The position numbers were made by a program, and so were the translations under genes. Under the pieces are notes generated by a model. The model saw only the letters and a list, made by a program, of their open reading frames with translations. It was not told the DNA's origin and searched no databases. A stretch of 64,000 bases of DNA from an uncultured Alphaproteobacteria bacterium (GTDB taxonomy: Bacteria; Pseudomonadota; Alphaproteobacteria; HIMB59; GCA-002718135), in contig CACMKW010000001.1 in assembly GCA_902614395.1 (NCBI GenBank), positions 164,199 through 228,198 of the forward strand, in the 5' to 3' direction. Of the stretch, positions 1-13,118 are shown in pieces (positions within the stretch are counted from its first letter, which is position 1; the number at the start of each line of letters is the position of its first letter).

Positions 1-1
1 A

Positions 2-2977
2 ATTGAAACTGCAGAAAACCTTTTCAATAATCTTTTCTTCAATTCAGATAGATATGACTTATCTTCAGTTGGTAGATTAAAAATAAATGCTAAGTTTAAA
101 AAGAATACTTCAATTGAACAAAGAGTTATCGATAAAAGTGATATTTTGGATGTTGTAAAACATATGCACAATCTTATCGATGGAAAAGGTGAAATTGATG
201 ATATTGATCATTTGGCTAATCGTAGAGTACGCTCAGTTGGTGAGCTTTTAGAAAACCAATATCGTATAGGTTTGCTAAAAATGGATAGGGCAATAAAAGA
301 GAGATTAAGTTCATTAGAGATTGATAACGTCATGCCTCAAGATATTATTAATGCAAAACCTGTTGTTGCTTCAATCAAAGAATTCTTTGGACTTAGTCAG
401 CTCAGTCAATTTATGGATCAAACAAATCCATTAAGTGAGATTACACATAAACGCAGAGTATCTGCACTTGGCCCAGGTGGTTTAAATAGGGAACGAGCTG
501 GATTTGAAGTAAGAGATGTCCACCAAACTCATTATGGAAGAATTTGTCCTATTGAAACACCAGAAGGAGCGAACATTGGTTTGATTAATAGTTTAGCTTC
601 ATATTCTAGAATTAATAAATATGGCTTTATAGAAACCCCATATAGAATTGTAAATGCTGGTAAAGTTACCGATAAAGTAATTTATCTTAGTGCAATAGAT
701 GAAGAGGATTTCGTCATAGCACAAGCAAATGCAGATATTGATACTAAAGGAAAGTTTGCTAATCAAATTGTTAGTTGCAGAAAGAATGGAGAATTTATTA
801 ATGTAGATACTGATGCTATAGATTTAATGGATGTTTCTCCACAGCAATTAGTTTCTGTTGCTTCTTCTTTGATACCTTTCCTAGAAAACGATGATGCAAA
901 TAGAGCTCTAATGGGCTCAAATATGATGAGACAAGCAGTTCCATTAATAAAGCCTAAAGCTCCATTGGTTGGTACAGGTATGGAATATACAGTAGCTAAT
1001 GATAGCGGATCAACTATTGTAGCAAAAAGAGAAGGAATAGTAGATCAACTTGACGCCAATAGAATAGTAATAAGAATAACTGACAAAAATGATAAATCTT
1101 TAAATAAAATTGATATCTACAATTTATCTAAATTTCAGAGATCTAATCAAAACACATGTATTACGCAACGTCCACTTGTAAATGTTGGTGATAAAATCTT
1201 GAAAAATCAGGTAATAGCTGATGGTCCTGCAACTGATTTAGGTGAACTTGCTCTTGGCAGAAACGTACTAGCAGCATTTATGCCATGGAATGGTTATAAT
1301 TTTGAAGATTCAATTTTAATATCAGAGAAAGTTGTTCAAGACGACGTATTTACCTCTATTCATGTTGAGGAGTTCGAAGTAATGTCAAGGGATACAAAAT
1401 TAGGTCCCGAGGAAATAACAAGAGATATTCCAAATGCAAGTGAGGAGATGCTTATAAATCTTGATGAAACAGGAATCGTTTATGTAGGAGCTGAAGTTAA
1501 CTCCGGAGATATATTAGTTGGTAAAGTTACTCCAAAGGGTGAATCCCCTATGACTCCTGAAGAAAAATTACTAAGAGCTATATTTGGTGAAAAAGCAGCT
1601 GATGTAAAAGATACTAGTTTAAGAGTTCCTCCAGGAGTTAAAGGAACTGTAGTCGAAATAAGAGTCTTTTCTAGAAGAGGAATAGAAAAAGATGAAAGAG
1701 CAATAAGTATTGAGAATAATCAAATTGAAGTAATTGCTCGTGATAGAGATGATGAGTTAAAGATTTTAGAAAAAAGTTTTGGAAATCACCTAAGAGAATT
1801 ACTTAACAATCAAACCTATGTATCTGGATTTGATTCCTTCAAAAAAAATACTCAAATAAAATACGACCAACTAGAAAATTTAAGTCTAAATGAACTTTTG
1901 AAAATAAATATATTAGATGAGAAAAAAAACGAACAAATAGAATTATTAGTTAAAAATTATGAAAATCAACTTGGCAATATAAATCAAAAATTTGAAAATA
2001 AAATTGATAAGATTCAGAGTGGTGATGAGTTACTTCCTGGAGTATTAAAACTTATTAAAGTCTTTATTTCAGTAAAACGTAAGCTTCAACCAGGTGATAA
2101 AATGGCAGGAAGACATGGAAATAAAGGAGTAATTTCAAAAATATGTCCTGTTGAAGATATGCCTTATCTCGAAGATGGAACACCTGTTGATATTGTCTTA
2201 AATCCATTAGGGGTACCAAGTAGAATGAATATTGGTCAAATTTTAGAAACACATCTTGGATGGGCTTCTGCATCACTAGGTAAACAAGTTAAAGAAATGT
2301 TAACAAAAATTCAATCTGAAGGTCAAACTGATAATTTAAGAAATAAGTTGCTAGAAATTTATGATCTTGAAGATCATCAAAAAATTATAAAAAAGATGAA
2401 TGATGATGAAATACTAGACTTAGGTAACAATCTAAAAGAGGGCATTCCTTTTGCTACTCCAGTATTTGATGGGGCTAAAGAGAAGGATATAACTAATTTA
2501 TTATCCATATCAGGTGTATCGGGCACTGGTCAGGAAATTTTATATGATGGTATTACAGGTCAAAAATTTGAAAGACCAGTGACTGTTGGTTACATGTATA
2601 TGTTAAAATTACATCATCTAGTTGACGAAAAAATTCACGCTAGATCAATAGGACCATATAGCTTAGTTACTCAACAACCACTTGGTGGTAAGGCGCAGTT
2701 TGGTGGTCAAAGATTTGGTGAAATGGAAGTATGGGCATTAGAGGCTTACGGTGCAGCATACACATTACAGGAAATTTTAACTATTAAATCTGATGACGTT
2801 GCAGGAAGAACCAAAGTTTATGAATCAATAGTTAAAGGAGATAATAATTTTGAATCTGGAACTCCAGAATCCTTCAATGTTATGGTAAAAGAGTTGAGAT
2901 CTCTTGGTTTAAATCTAGAATTCAAGGAAAACTTAAAAGAAAATAATTTAACAAACTTAATAGGCACAAATGAATAA
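2..2977 (+). CDS. rpoB: RNA polymerase beta subunit (5' truncated by window edge)
   Basis: Frame is open from base 2 ([25 protein letters not shown]). Motifs [33 protein letters not shown] and [18 protein letters not shown]. Confidence 0.99.
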   Translation: METAENLFNNLFFNSDRYDLSSVGRLKINAKFKKNTSIEQRVIDKSDILDVVKHMHNLIDGKGEIDDIDHLANRRVRSVGELLENQYRIGLLKMDRAIKERLSSLEIDNVMPQDIINAKPVVASIKEFFGLSQLSQFMDQTNPLSEITHKRRVSALGPGGLNRERAGFEVRDVHQTHYGRICPIETPEGANIGLINSLASYSRINKYGFIETPYRIVNAGKVTDKVIYLSAIDEEDFVIAQANADIDTKGKFANQIVSCRKNGEFINVDTDAIDLMDVSPQQLVSVASSLIPFLENDDANRALMGSNMMRQAVPLIKPKAPLVGTGMEYTVANDSGSTIVAKREGIVDQLDANRIVIRITDKNDKSLNKIDIYNLSKFQRSNQNTCITQRPLVNVGDKILKNQVIADGPATDLGELALGRNVLAAFMPWNGYNFEDSILISEKVVQDDVFTSIHVEEFEVMSRDTKLGPEEITRDIPNASEEMLINLDETGIVYVGAEVNSGDILVGKVTPKGESPMTPEEKLLRAIFGEKAADVKDTSLRVPPGVKGTVVEIRVFSRRGIEKDERAISIENNQIEVIARDRDDELKILEKSFGNHLRELLNNQTYVSGFDSFKKNTQIKYDQLENLSLNELLKINILDEKKNEQIELLVKNYENQLGNINQKFENKIDKIQSGDELLPGVLKLIKVFISVKRKLQPGDKMAGRHGNKGVISKICPVEDMPYLEDGTPVDIVLNPLGVPSRMNIGQILETHLGWASASLGKQVKEMLTKIQSEGQTDNLRNKLLEIYDLEDHQKIIKKMNDDEILDLGNNLKEGIPFATPVFDGAKEKDITNLLSISGVSGTGQEILYDGITGQKFERPVTVGYMYMLKLHHLVDEKIHARSIGPYSLVTQQPLGGKAQFGGQRFGEMEVWALEAYGAAYTLQEILTIKSDDVAGRTKVYESIVKGDNNFESGTPESFNVMVKELRSLGLNLEFKENLKENNLTNLIGTNE

Positions 2978-5900
2978 AGAACTTACAAATATTTTCAATC
3001 AGAATCAAGGCGTTCAAAATTTTAACAATCTTAAAATATCAATAGCAAGTCCAGAAGATATTAGATCATGGTCATACGGTGAAATCAAAAAACCCGAAAC
3101 AATTAATTATAGAACATTTAAACCTGAAAAAGATGGTCTATTTTGTTCCAGAATTTTTGGACCTGTAAAAGACTACGAGTGTTTATGCGGTAAATACAAA
3201 AGAATGAAGTTTAGAGGAATAATTTGTGAAAAATGCGGAGTTGAAGTTACTTTATCAAAAGTAAGAAGAGACAGAATGGGTCATATAGAATTGGCTGCTC
3301 CAGTTTCTCATATTTGGTTCATGAAGTCCTTACCGAGTAGAATAGCCACACTTCTGGATATGACAATAAAAAATCTTGAAAAAGTTCTCTATTTTGAACA
3401 GTTTATTGTTGTTGAGCCAGGCCTAACAGATCTAAATAAAGGTGAAATAATCTCAGAAGAACAATACATTGACTACCAAGATGAATATGGAGAAGATTCA
3501 TTTAGCGCCTCTATTGGAGCTGAAGCAATAGAACAAATGCTATTAAGTATTGACCTTGAAGCCGATTATAACCAATTAAAAACTGATCTTAATGAAACAA
3601 AATCAGAATTAAAAAAAACTAAAATTACAAAAAGATTAAAACTTATTGAATCTTTCATTGTTTCAAAAAATAAACCAGAATGGATGATTATGAGAGTTTT
3701 ACCTGTAATCCCACCTGAGTTAAGACCCTTAGTACCTCTTGATGGAGGTAGATTTGCAACTAGTGATTTAAACGACTTATATAGAAGAGTAATTAATAGA
3801 AATAACAGATTAAAAAGATTAATTGATTTAAGAGCTCCTGACATAATAATAAGGAATGAAAAAAGAATGCTTCAAGAGTCTGTTGACGCATTATTTGATA
3901 ACGGAAGAAGAGGTAGAGTAATAACATCTACTAATAAAAGACCACTTAAATCATTATCTGATATGCTCAAGGGTAAGCAAGGAAGATTTAGACAAAATTT
4001 ATTAGGAAAAAGAGTTGATTATTCTGGAAGGTCTGTAATTGTTGTAGGTCCAAATCTTAAACTTCATCAATGCGGCATTCCAAAAAAAATGGCTCTTGAG
4101 CTTTTTAAGCCATTTATATTTCATAAACTTGATATTTATGGTTGGGCAAATACAATTAAAGCAGCAAAAAAACTTGTTGAAAAAGAAGATCCTAGAGTCT
4201 GGGATATATTAGATGAAGTTATCAGAGAACATCCTATTCTTTTAAATAGAGCGCCAACTTTACATAGACTTGGTATTCAAGCTTTTGAACCGATTTTAAT
4301 TGAAGGTAAATCAATCCAATTACATCCATTGGTGTGTACAGCTTTCAATGCTGACTTTGATGGTGACCAAATGGCAGTTCATGTTCCGTTAAGTCTTGAG
4401 GCTCAGCTTGAAGCAAGAGTACTGATGATGAGTACAAATAACATTTTACATCCAGCAAGCGGCAAACCAATTATTGTTCCTTCTCAAGATATTATTTTAG
4501 GAATCTATTATTTATCAATAATGAGAGATAAACAAATTGGAGAAGGTCGAAGTTTTGTTGATTTAAATGAAATACTAAAAGCTCTAGAAAATAATGACGT
4601 TACACTGCATTCAAAGATTATAGCTAGAATAGAAACGTATGAAGGTAATTTATCTAAAGTTGAGACAACTCCTGGTAGAATGATACTAGGAAATATTCTA
4701 CCTAAAAATAAAAATATAAACTTTGATATTATAAATAAAGTTCTTACAAAAAAAGAAGTTAGTAACATAATTGATTCAGTTTATAGATTCTGCGGTCAAA
4801 AAGAGACTGTCTTATTTGCCGATCATATTATGCAAATCGGATTTAAATATGCTGCAATAGCTGGTATTTCATTTGGTAAAGATGATCTTATTATTCCATC
4901 TGATAAAAACGACCTTTTAAATACTACGCAGTTAAAAGTTCAAGAATATGAAGATCAATATCAAGATGGATTAATTACTCAAGGAGAAAAATATAATAAA
5001 GTAGTTGATGCTTGGTCAGAGTGTACCAATAGAGTTGCTGACAAAATGCTGGATGTAATTTCTAGTCCTTCTGATGATCAGCCTATTAACTCTGTCTATA
5101 TGATGGCACATTCAGGAGCTCGAGGATCTGCAGCACAACTAAAACAATTATCAGGAATGAGAGGCTTAATGGCCAAACCTTCTGGAGAAATTATTGAGAA
5201 TCCAATTAAATCAAATTTTAAAGAAGGTCTATCGGTTTTAGAGTATTTTACTTCCACTCATGGAGCTCGTAAAGGTCTTGCCGATACAGCTCTTAAAACA
5301 GCTAGTAGTGGATATTTAACCAGAAGATTAGTAGATGTAGCTCAAGATGCAGTAATTAGAGAGTTAGATTGTAATACTAAAAATGGTGTATTAGTTGAAG
5401 AAATAGTTGAATCAGGTAACATAACATCTCCTTTAACTGAAAGAATATTAGGCAGAACACCAGTTGAGAATATTATTGATGAAAATCAAAATACTATTGT
5501 CAATGCAGGTGAAATAATCTCTGAAAAACATCTAGACTCTATATCAAAAATGGGATTGAGATCATTAAAAATTAGATCGGTGCTCACCTGTGAGACAGAA
5601 GATGGAATTTGTTCAATTTGCTACGGTAGAGATCTGGCAAGAGGAACTCCTGTTAACGTTGGTGAAGCTGTAGGTATTATAGCTGCACAATCAATTGGCG
5701 AACCTGGTACTCAATTAACTATGAGAACTTTTCATATTGGTGGAGCCGCAAGTTCTTCTGTTGAACAATCTAATGCGACTGCAGCAGTATCGGGAACTAT
5801 TGAATTAGAGAATATTAAAATTATTGAAGATAAATTTAAAAATAAAATTGTTTTAAGTAGAAATGCAAAAATAAATATCATTAATGGAACTGATAAAAAA

Positions 5901-7088
5901 TATTCATCTATTATACCTTTTGGTTCAAAGATATTGGTCAATAATGGTGATAGTGTCGAAAATAACCAATTATTAGCAGAATGGGATCCTTATACATTAC
6001 CAATAATTGCTGAAAGAAATGGTTTTGTAAAGTATCTTGATTTGAAACAAGGAATTTCATTTAGAGAATCAATTGATGATACAACCGGTATTTCAAGTAA
6101 AATAGTTATTGATTGGAGTCAAAATCAGAAGAGTAAGAATTTTAAACCTGCCATTAATATAGTAGATAATTTATCAGATGAAAATTTAGGTGAAGAAAAT
6201 TTATCTAATTACCCAATGTCAATTGATTCTATCTTAAGTGTAGAAGACGGCCAAGAGGTGTATGCTGGTCAAGTTATAGCAAGAATACCAAAAGAATCTT
6301 CTAAAACAAAAGATATCACAGGTGGTTTACCTAGAGTTGCAGAATTGTTTGAAGCGAGAAAGCCAAAAGATCCTGCTATCATGTGTGAAATCGACGGTAA
6401 AATTTCATTTGGTAAAGATTATAAAAATAAAAGAAGAGTTATAATTACTTCTTTAGATGAAAAAGAAACCTTTGAAACCTTGATACCTAGGTCTAAATAT
6501 TTAAATGTACAAGAAGACGATTATGTTAAAAGAGGTGACATTCTTGTAGAAGGAACTCCAGTACCTCATGATATTTTAAGAATCTTAGGTATTGAAGAAT
6601 TAGCAAGATATCTTGTAAGAGAGGTTCAGTCTGTTTACAAACTTCAAGGTGTTTACATAAATGATAAGCATATTGAAACAATTGCAAGACAAATGTTACA
6701 AAAAGTTCTTATTAAAGATCCTGGAGACTCAAATTTGATTGAGGGTGAACAGATTCAAAAAAGAGATGTACTAAAATTAAATAATACTTTGTCTAAAGAA
6801 AATAAAAAAGAAGTTCTGTATGAACCAGTGCTTCTTGGAATAACTAAAGCAAGCTTGCAAACAAATTCTTTCATATCTGCAGCTTCATTTCAAGAAACTA
6901 CTAAAGTATTAACTGATGCAGCTACTCTTGGAAAAGTTGACACCTTAAATGGTCTCAAAGAGAACGTTATAGTTGGTAGGTTAATTCCAGCTGGTACTGG
7001 TAAAATGACTTCAGATTATGAAAATATCGCTTTTGAAAGAGATAAAGAAATAATCGCTAAAAATGACTCAAAAAACATAGAAAATTAG
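2970..7088 (+). CDS. rpoC: RNA polymerase beta' subunit
   Basis: NADFDGD catalytic motif, N-terminal Zn finger (CLCGKYK..CEKCGVE) and [13 protein letters not shown]. Confidence 0.99.
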   Translation: MNKELTNIFNQNQGVQNFNNLKISIASPEDIRSWSYGEIKKPETINYRTFKPEKDGLFCSRIFGPVKDYECLCGKYKRMKFRGIICEKCGVEVTLSKVRRDRMGHIELAAPVSHIWFMKSLPSRIATLLDMTIKNLEKVLYFEQFIVVEPGLTDLNKGEIISEEQYIDYQDEYGEDSFSASIGAEAIEQMLLSIDLEADYNQLKTDLNETKSELKKTKITKRLKLIESFIVSKNKPEWMIMRVLPVIPPELRPLVPLDGGRFATSDLNDLYRRVINRNNRLKRLIDLRAPDIIIRNEKRMLQESVDALFDNGRRGRVITSTNKRPLKSLSDMLKGKQGRFRQNLLGKRVDYSGRSVIVVGPNLKLHQCGIPKKMALELFKPFIFHKLDIYGWANTIKAAKKLVEKEDPRVWDILDEVIREHPILLNRAPTLHRLGIQAFEPILIEGKSIQLHPLVCTAFNADFDGDQMAVHVPLSLEAQLEARVLMMSTNNILHPASGKPIIVPSQDIILGIYYLSIMRDKQIGEGRSFVDLNEILKALENNDVTLHSKIIARIETYEGNLSKVETTPGRMILGNILPKNKNINFDIINKVLTKKEVSNIIDSVYRFCGQKETVLFADHIMQIGFKYAAIAGISFGKDDLIIPSDKNDLLNTTQLKVQEYEDQYQDGLITQGEKYNKVVDAWSECTNRVADKMLDVISSPSDDQPINSVYMMAHSGARGSAAQLKQLSGMRGLMAKPSGEIIENPIKSNFKEGLSVLEYFTSTHGARKGLADTALKTASSGYLTRRLVDVAQDAVIRELDCNTKNGVLVEEIVESGNITSPLTERILGRTPVENIIDENQNTIVNAGEIISEKHLDSISKMGLRSLKIRSVLTCETEDGICSICYGRDLARGTPVNVGEAVGIIAAQSIGEPGTQLTMRTFHIGGAASSSVEQSNATAAVSGTIELENIKIIEDKFKNKIVLSRNAKINIINGTDKKYSSIIPFGSKILVNNGDSVENNQLLAEWDPYTLPIIAERNGFVKYLDLKQGISFRESIDDTTGISSKIVIDWSQNQKSKNFKPAINIVDNLSDENLGEENLSNYPMSIDSILSVEDGQEVYAGQVIARIPKESSKTKDITGGLPRVAELFEARKPKDPAIMCEIDGKISFGKDYKNKRRVIITSLDEKETFETLIPRSKYLNVQEDDYVKRGDILVEGTPVPHDILRILGIEELARYLVREVQSVYKLQGVYINDKHIETIARQMLQKVLIKDPGDSNLIEGEQIQKRDVLKLNNTLSKENKKEVLYEPVLLGITKASLQTNSFISAASFQETTKVLTDAATLGKVDTLNGLKENVIVGRLIPAGTGKMTSDYENIAFERDKEIIAKNDSKNIEN

Positions 7089-7108
7089 GAATTTTTAGTT
7101 ATATCTGC

Positions 7109-7137
7109 TTGACTTTATTGTAATCAATTTATAAAGA
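7109..7137 (+). promoter_or_regulatory. Putative sigma70 promoter of the str/S10/spc super-operon
   Basis: TTGACT(7109-7114)-N17-TAAAGA(7132-7137) in the rpoC-rpsL gap. Confidence 0.55.
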
Positions 7138-7140
7138 CGC

Positions 7141-7195
7141 GTACGATTTGTTAAAGGTCGTGGAGTAAAATCCAAACACTTAACTTAAGGATAAA
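7141..7195 (+). promoter_or_regulatory. Structured rpsL 5' leader (putative r-protein autoregulatory element)
   Basis: Hairpin ACGATTT/AGGTCGT (7143-7161), then GGA-GTAAAA-TCC (7162-7173). GC-richer than other spacers. SD-like AAGGA at 7187-7191. Confidence 0.45.
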
Positions 7196-7567
7196 ATGCC
7201 AACTATAAACCAACTTGTTAGAAAAGGCCGATCTTCTGTTAAAAAAAGAAATAAGGTCCCTGCATTAGATAAGAGTCCTCAAAAAAGAGGTGTTTGCACA
7301 AGAGTTTATACGACTACTCCAAAAAAACCAAATTCGGCTCTTAGAAAAGTTGCAAGAGTAAAGTTGACTAATGGACAAGAAGTTTCCGCATATATTCCTG
7401 GTGAGGGTCACAATTTACAAGAACATTCAGTTGTATTAATACGAGGTGGTAGAGTTAAAGACCTACCAGGGGTTAGATATCATATACTTAGAGGAACACT
7501 GGATACACAAGGAGTTTCTTCAAGAAAGCAAAGAAGATCGCTCTATGGAGCTAAAAGACCAAAATAA
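7196..7567 (+). CDS. rpsL: 30S ribosomal protein S12
   Basis: [30 protein letters not shown]. Confidence 0.99.
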   Translation: MPTINQLVRKGRSSVKKRNKVPALDKSPQKRGVCTRVYTTTPKKPNSALRKVARVKLTNGQEVSAYIPGEGHNLQEHSVVLIRGGRVKDLPGVRYHILRGTLDTQGVSSRKQRRSLYGAKRPK

Positions 7568-7569
7568 TT

Positions 7570-8040
7570 ATGTCTAGAAGAAGAGCAGCTGAAAAAAGAA
7601 CTATACTACCTGACCATAAATTTAAAGACTTGGTCTTAGCTAAATTTATGAACAGGATAATGCTTGATGGCAAAAAGTCTACTTCTGAAAAAATTGTCTA
7701 TGGTGCCTTTGATCTAGTATCAAAAAAGACAGATAAAGAAGCTATAGAATTTTTTCATGAAGCATTAAACAATGTTAAACCATCTTTAGAAGTTAGATCT
7801 AGAAGAGTTGGAGGAGCAACATACCAAGTACCAATGGAAGTTAGACCAAAAAGAGCTCAAACTCTAGCGATGAAATGGATCGTAGACTCGGCAATAAAAA
7901 GAAATGAAAAAACAATGAAAGAAAGAGTTGCAAATGAAATAATCGATGCATTTAATAATAAAGGAAATGCTGTAAAGAAAAGAGAAGAAACTCATAAAAT
8001 GGCAGATGCAAATAGAGCATTCTCTCATTTCAGATGGTAA
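7570..8040 (+). CDS. rpsG: 30S ribosomal protein S7
   Basis: [24 protein letters not shown]. Confidence 0.99.
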   Translation: MSRRRAAEKRTILPDHKFKDLVLAKFMNRIMLDGKKSTSEKIVYGAFDLVSKKTDKEAIEFFHEALNNVKPSLEVRSRRVGGATYQVPMEVRPKRAQTLAMKWIVDSAIKRNEKTMKERVANEIIDAFNNKGNAVKKREETHKMADANRAFSHFRW

Positions 8041-8046
8041 AAAAAT

Positions 8047-10125
8047 ATGACTAGATCTCATCCATTATCAAAATATAGAAACATTGGTATCATGGCGCAT
8101 ATTGATGCTGGTAAAACGACAACCACTGAAAGAATTTTATACTATACAGGTAAATCACATAAAATTGGAGAAGTTCATGATGGAGCTGCAACAATGGATT
8201 GGATGGAACAAGAACAAGAAAGAGGTATAACTATCACTTCAGCTGCTACAACATGTTTTTGGAAAGATCATAGAATAAATATAATAGATACACCAGGGCA
8301 CGTTGATTTTACCATTGAAGTCGAACGATCTCTGAAAGTTTTAGATGGAGCTGTCGCTGTTTTTGATGGAGTTGCAGGTGTTGAGCCTCAATCAGAAACT
8401 GTCTGGAGACAAGCAGATAAGTATAAGGTTCCCAGAATGTGTTTTGTAAACAAGTTAGACAGAACAGGCGCTAATTTTTTTATGTGCGTTGATATGATCT
8501 CAGATCGTCTAGGGTCTTATCCTTTAGTTACACAATTACCAATTGGAATTGAGAGTAATCTTAAAGGTGTTGTAGATTTAGTTTCTAACAATGCCATAGT
8601 TTGGCAAGACGAAAGTTTGGGTGCTAAATTTGATATCGTTGAAATACCTGAGGATCTTAAAGAACAATCGGCAGAGTATAGACTAAAATTAATCGAAAAA
8701 GCTGTAGAAGAAGATGACTCAATAATGGAAAATTATCTGGAAGGTAATGAACCAACCATTGAAGAGTTAAAGTTATGCATTAGAAAAGGTACCTTAAATG
8801 GCTCATTTGTTCCTGTTTTAACTGGATCAGCATTTAAAAATAAAGGTGTTCAACCCCTTTTAGATGCAGTTATTGACTATATGCCATCACCTACGGACGT
8901 TGCAAATGTAAAAGGTGTTGACGTTGATGATGACTCAAAAGAATTAACAAGAAAATGTGAAGATAATGAACCTTTCAGTGCACTAGCTTTTAAAATAATG
9001 ACTGACCCATTTGTTGGAAGTTTGACATTCGCTAGAATTTATTCAGGTTCAATTAACACAAAAGATAGTGTTTTAAATTCTAATTCAGGAAAAAAAGAAA
9101 ATATAGGTAGAATGCTTTTAATGCACGCAAATAATAGAGAAGAAATAAAAACGGCTAACGCAGGTGATATTGTTGCATTAGTTGGGCTTAAAGATGTTAC
9201 AACAGGTGAAACTTTATGTGCATCTGATAACCCAATAGTTTTAGAAAAAATGGATTTTCCTGATCCTGTTATCGAAGTAGCAGTTGAACCCAAAACTAAA
9301 GTTGATCATGAAAAAATGGGTCAAGCTCTAGGAAGGTTAGCACAAGAGGATCCAAGTTTTAGAGTCACCACAGATCACGAAAGTGGCCAAACCATAATTA
9401 AGGGTATGGGTGAACTTCATCTTGAAATTTTAGTTGATAGGATGAAAAGAGAGTTTAAAGTTGAAGCAAATGTTGGAGCACCACAAGTTGCGTACCGAGA
9501 AACCATATCAAACACATACGACGTAGATTACACGCATAAAAAACAATCAGGTGGTGCCGGTCAATTTGCAAGAGTTAAAATTAAATTTGAACCTGGAGAA
9601 CCTGGAAGTGGTTATGAATTTATTAATCAAATTAAAGGTGGAAATATACCTACTGAACATATTCCTGGAGTTGAAAAAGGTCTTATGGCCCAACAACAAA
9701 CTGGTGTTATTGCTGGATTCCCATGTATAGATTTTAAAGCCACTTTATATGATGGTGCTTATCACGATGTAGATTCAAGTGTACTTGCTTTTGAAATCGC
9801 TTCAAGGGCTGCCTTTAGAGAAGGTATAGCCAAAGCCAAACCAGTATTACTTGAGCCTATGATGAAAGTTGAAGTTGTAACTCCTGAAGAGTATATGGGA
9901 GATGTTATAGGTGACCTAAACAGCAGAAGAGGTCAAGTTCAAGAGATGTCTACTAGAGGTAACGCAAATGTTGTAGATGCAATGGTTCCACTTGCAAATA
10001 TGTTTGGTTATGTAAACAATCTAAGATCATTGTCTCAAGGTAGAGCTAATTATACAATGCAGTTTGATCATTACGAAGAAGTTCCTTCAAATGTTGCTGA
10101 AGAAGTTAAGGCAAAGTTAGCGTAA
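8047..10125 (+). CDS. fusA: Elongation factor G
   Basis: [29 protein letters not shown]; 692 aa. Confidence 0.99.
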   Translation: MTRSHPLSKYRNIGIMAHIDAGKTTTTERILYYTGKSHKIGEVHDGAATMDWMEQEQERGITITSAATTCFWKDHRINIIDTPGHVDFTIEVERSLKVLDGAVAVFDGVAGVEPQSETVWRQADKYKVPRMCFVNKLDRTGANFFMCVDMISDRLGSYPLVTQLPIGIESNLKGVVDLVSNNAIVWQDESLGAKFDIVEIPEDLKEQSAEYRLKLIEKAVEEDDSIMENYLEGNEPTIEELKLCIRKGTLNGSFVPVLTGSAFKNKGVQPLLDAVIDYMPSPTDVANVKGVDVDDDSKELTRKCEDNEPFSALAFKIMTDPFVGSLTFARIYSGSINTKDSVLNSNSGKKENIGRMLLMHANNREEIKTANAGDIVALVGLKDVTTGETLCASDNPIVLEKMDFPDPVIEVAVEPKTKVDHEKMGQALGRLAQEDPSFRVTTDHESGQTIIKGMGELHLEILVDRMKREFKVEANVGAPQVAYRETISNTYDVDYTHKKQSGGAGQFARVKIKFEPGEPGSGYEFINQIKGGNIPTEHIPGVEKGLMAQQQTGVIAGFPCIDFKATLYDGAYHDVDSSVLAFEIASRAAFREGIAKAKPVLLEPMMKVEVVTPEEYMGDVIGDLNSRRGQVQEMSTRGNANVVDAMVPLANMFGYVNNLRSLSQGRANYTMQFDHYEEVPSNVAEEVKAKLA

Positions 10126-10433
10126 TGGAAAATCAAAATATTAGAATTCGACTTAGAGGTTATGATAACACTCTGTTAGATACCAGTACTCAAGATATAA
10201 TTAATACTGCTAAGAGAACAGGTGCAAAAGTTAAAGGCCCTATCCCACTTCCCACAAGATTTGAGAGGTTTACTGTAAACAAATCACCTCACATAGATAA
10301 AAAAAGTAGAGACCAATTAGAAATTAGAACACATAATCGTCTTTTAGACATAATAGATCCTACACCTCAGACTGTTGATGCGTTAATGAAACTTGACTTA
10401 TCTGCAGGTGTAGAGGTGGATATAAAAATTTAA
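10125..10433 (+). CDS. rpsJ: 30S ribosomal protein S10
   Basis: [26 protein letters not shown] overlap with fusA. Confidence 0.98.
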   Translation: MENQNIRIRLRGYDNTLLDTSTQDIINTAKRTGAKVKGPIPLPTRFERFTVNKSPHIDKKSRDQLEIRTHNRLLDIIDPTPQTVDALMKLDLSAGVEVDIKI

Positions 10434-10434
10434 A

Positions 10435-11082
10435 ATGCTTAGATCTGGTTTAATAGCTACAAAAATCGGCAATAGTTCATTCTATCATGAAGATGGAAAG
10501 AATACACACGTAACCATTTTAAAAGTTGATGAATGTATAGTTGCTAGTGTTAAAACTATTGACAAAGACGGCTATAATGCTGTTCAGCTCACCTCAGTAG
10601 AAACTAATAAAGACGTATCACATATAAACAAACCACAAAGAAAAATTTTCTCATCAATTAATATTAAACCAAAAAAAATTATCAAAGAATTTAGAGTTGA
10701 TAACAATAATATTTTAGAAGTTGGAACTAAACTTGATGTAAATCACTTTAAAGTAGATCAATTTGTTGACGCAAGCAGTATTTCTATAGGTAAGGGTTTT
10801 GCGGGTGTAATGAAAAGACATAATTTTGGTGGACTTAGGGCATCACATGGTGTGTCTATTTCACATAGATCCCATGGATCAACTGGTCAAAACCAAGATC
10901 CTGGCAGAGTTTTTAAAGGTAAAAAGATGGCTGGTAGAATGGGTAACAAAAAAGTAACTAAACAAAACTTAAAAGTTATCGATGTTGATAGTAAAAATAA
11001 CCTTTTAATGGTTAAAGGTTCTGTTCCAGGTAAAAAAAATTCAATTGTTTACCTAAAAGACTCAGTTAAAAAATCAAAATGA
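10435..11082 (+). CDS. rplC: 50S ribosomal protein L3
   Basis: GKGFAGVMKRHNF, PGRVFKGKKMAGRMG. Confidence 0.98.
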   Translation: MLRSGLIATKIGNSSFYHEDGKNTHVTILKVDECIVASVKTIDKDGYNAVQLTSVETNKDVSHINKPQRKIFSSINIKPKKIIKEFRVDNNNILEVGTKLDVNHFKVDQFVDASSISIGKGFAGVMKRHNFGGLRASHGVSISHRSHGSTGQNQDPGRVFKGKKMAGRMGNKKVTKQNLKVIDVDSKNNLLMVKGSVPGKKNSIVYLKDSVKKSK

Positions 11083-11702
11083 AAACACCAGTTCTTAATT
11101 TAAAAAATAAATCTGTAGGAGATATTGAATTGGATTCAAATATATTTGGTGTAAAAACTTTTCCTGATTTGATACATCAATACATTAGGTATCAAAATGC
11201 AAAGTCTAGGCAAGGTTCACATAAAACTAAAAGTAGATCTGAAGTAAGTGGACGAAGTAAAAAACCTTTTTCACAAAAAGGAACCGGTAATGCTAGACAG
11301 GGTAGTAATAAACCTCCTAACTTTAGAGGTGGAGCTGTTTCTATGGGTCCTCAAAATAGAGATTATTCTTTTAGTTTAAATAAAAAAGAAAAAAAATTAG
11401 CTTTAAAATCCGCTCTATCTACAAAGTTAATAGATGAAAAAGTTGTGATTATTGATACTTTTGAAATTAAAAGTTTCAAAACAAAAGAATTACATTCAGA
11501 TCTTAAACAATTTGATTATAAATCTGCTTTATTTATTCACTCTGAAAGTGGAATAGATAAAAATTTTAAATTAGCATCTGCTAACATACCTAAAGTATCA
11601 ATATTAAGTCAAAAAGGTATTAATGTTAAAGATTTAATTAGTTTTGATAAAATATTTATTGAGCAAAAATCTTTAAACGAAATAACAAAGAGGCTTTCAT
11701 GA
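11079..11702 (+). CDS. rplD: 50S ribosomal protein L4
   Basis: TKSRSEVSG, QKGTGNARQG. Confidence 0.98.
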   Translation: MKTPVLNLKNKSVGDIELDSNIFGVKTFPDLIHQYIRYQNAKSRQGSHKTKSRSEVSGRSKKPFSQKGTGNARQGSNKPPNFRGGAVSMGPQNRDYSFSLNKKEKKLALKSALSTKLIDEKVVIIDTFEIKSFKTKELHSDLKQFDYKSALFIHSESGIDKNFKLASANIPKVSILSQKGINVKDLISFDKIFIEQKSLNEITKRLS

Positions 11703-12016
11703 AAAATAAATTCAAACAGATTTCTCTTGATCAAGCTTACGAAATCATAAAAAGACCTATAACAACTGAAAAATCAACTAACTTACAACAGTTTAACCAA
11801 TATTCTTTTATAGTATCTAAAAATTCAAATTCCTTTGAGATTAAAAATGCAATTGAAGCTATTTTCAAAGTTAAAGTAAGCAAAGTAAATACATCAATTT
11901 TAAGAGGTAAAGGCAAAACATTTAAAGGTCAATATGGTTTTAGAAAAGATACCAAAAGAGCGATAGTCACACTAAATGAAGGTAACACAATAGACCCATC
12001 ATTGGAGATTAAGTAA
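11699..12016 (+). CDS. rplW: 50S ribosomal protein L23
   Basis: [24 protein letters not shown]; position in S10 order. Confidence 0.97.
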   Translation: MKNKFKQISLDQAYEIIKRPITTEKSTNLQQFNQYSFIVSKNSNSFEIKNAIEAIFKVKVSKVNTSILRGKGKTFKGQYGFRKDTKRAIVTLNEGNTIDPSLEIK

Positions 12017-12837
12017 TGTTATTAAAATTTAAACCAACAACACCGGGTTTGAGAGGCACTGTTCTAGTCTCAAAAAAAGGATTGTCTAAAGAAAAACCTC
12101 ATAAATCTCTAACAAAAAAGTTTAAATCTACTGGAGGAAGAAATAACCAAGGTAGAATCACTTCAAGAAGAATGGGTGGAGGAGTAAAAAGAAAATATAG
12201 AGTTATAGATTTCAAACGATCTAAAACTGATATTACTGCAGAAGTAATTAGAAATGAATACGATCCTAACCGATCAGCTTTTATATCTTTAATAAAATAT
12301 GAAGATGGTGAGCATAGTTATATAATTTCTCCTAAAAATATTAAAATTGGTGAAAAAATAGTTTCAGGTGAAAACGTTACAATAAAAAATGGAAACTCCT
12401 TACCTTTAAATAATATACCTGTTGGTACCAATATTCATAATATTGAACTAAAACCTGGAGCAGGCGGTCAATTAATTCGATCTGCAGGTTCCTCCGCACA
12501 GATTGTATCCAAAGAGCAACCCTACGTTCAAATAAAATTAATTTCAGGTGAAATAAGACATATTAATAAAAATTGTAGAGCTACAATAGGTGAGGTATCC
12601 AATTCTGATCAAAAAAATATCAAACTAGGTAAGGCCGGTAGAAAAAGGTATTTGGGATTTAGACCAAAAGTAAGAGGTGTTGTTATGAACCCTGTTGATC
12701 ATCCACACGGTGGTGGAGAAGGAAGAACATCCGGAGGTAGAGATCCTGTAACTCCTTGGGGTGTATCAACTAAAGGTAAAAAAACAAGAAATAATAAAAA
12801 AACGGATATATTTATAATTAGAAGGAAGAAAAAATAA
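12016..12837 (+). CDS. rplB: 50S ribosomal protein L2
   Basis: [31 protein letters not shown]. Confidence 0.99.
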   Translation: MLLKFKPTTPGLRGTVLVSKKGLSKEKPHKSLTKKFKSTGGRNNQGRITSRRMGGGVKRKYRVIDFKRSKTDITAEVIRNEYDPNRSAFISLIKYEDGEHSYIISPKNIKIGEKIVSGENVTIKNGNSLPLNNIPVGTNIHNIELKPGAGGQLIRSAGSSAQIVSKEQPYVQIKLISGEIRHINKNCRATIGEVSNSDQKNIKLGKAGRKRYLGFRPKVRGVVMNPVDHPHGGGEGRTSGGRDPVTPWGVSTKGKKTRNNKKTDIFIIRRKKK

Positions 12838-13118
12838 TGACTAGATCAGTTTGGAAAGGACCTTTCGTAGATATTACATTAATTAAGAAAGCTGAAAAGC
12901 TATCTCAATCTGGAAGAAAAGAAGTTTTAAAAACTTGGTCAAGAAGATCGACTATTCTTCCACAGTTTGTAGGACTAACTTTCGGTGTTTACAATGGGCA
13001 AAAATTTATACCTGTAACAGTTAATGAACAAATGGTTGGTCACAAATTAGGTGAATTTTCTCCAACGAGATCATTTAAAGGGCATACAGCTGCAGACAAG
13101 AAAGCGGAACAGAAATGA
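12837..13118 (+). CDS. rpsS: 30S ribosomal protein S19
   Basis: [23 protein letters not shown]. Confidence 0.99.
   Translation: MTRSVWKGPFVDITLIKKAEKLSQSGRKEVLKTWSRRSTILPQFVGLTFGVYNGQKFIPVTVNEQMVGHKLGEFSPTRSFKGHTAADKKAEQK

Noticed and set aside
2940-2977. Programmed frameshift producing an RpoB-RpoC fusion
   Set aside because: An in-frame TAG at 2961-2963 in the rpoC frame blocks any upstream shift, and no slippery site follows it.
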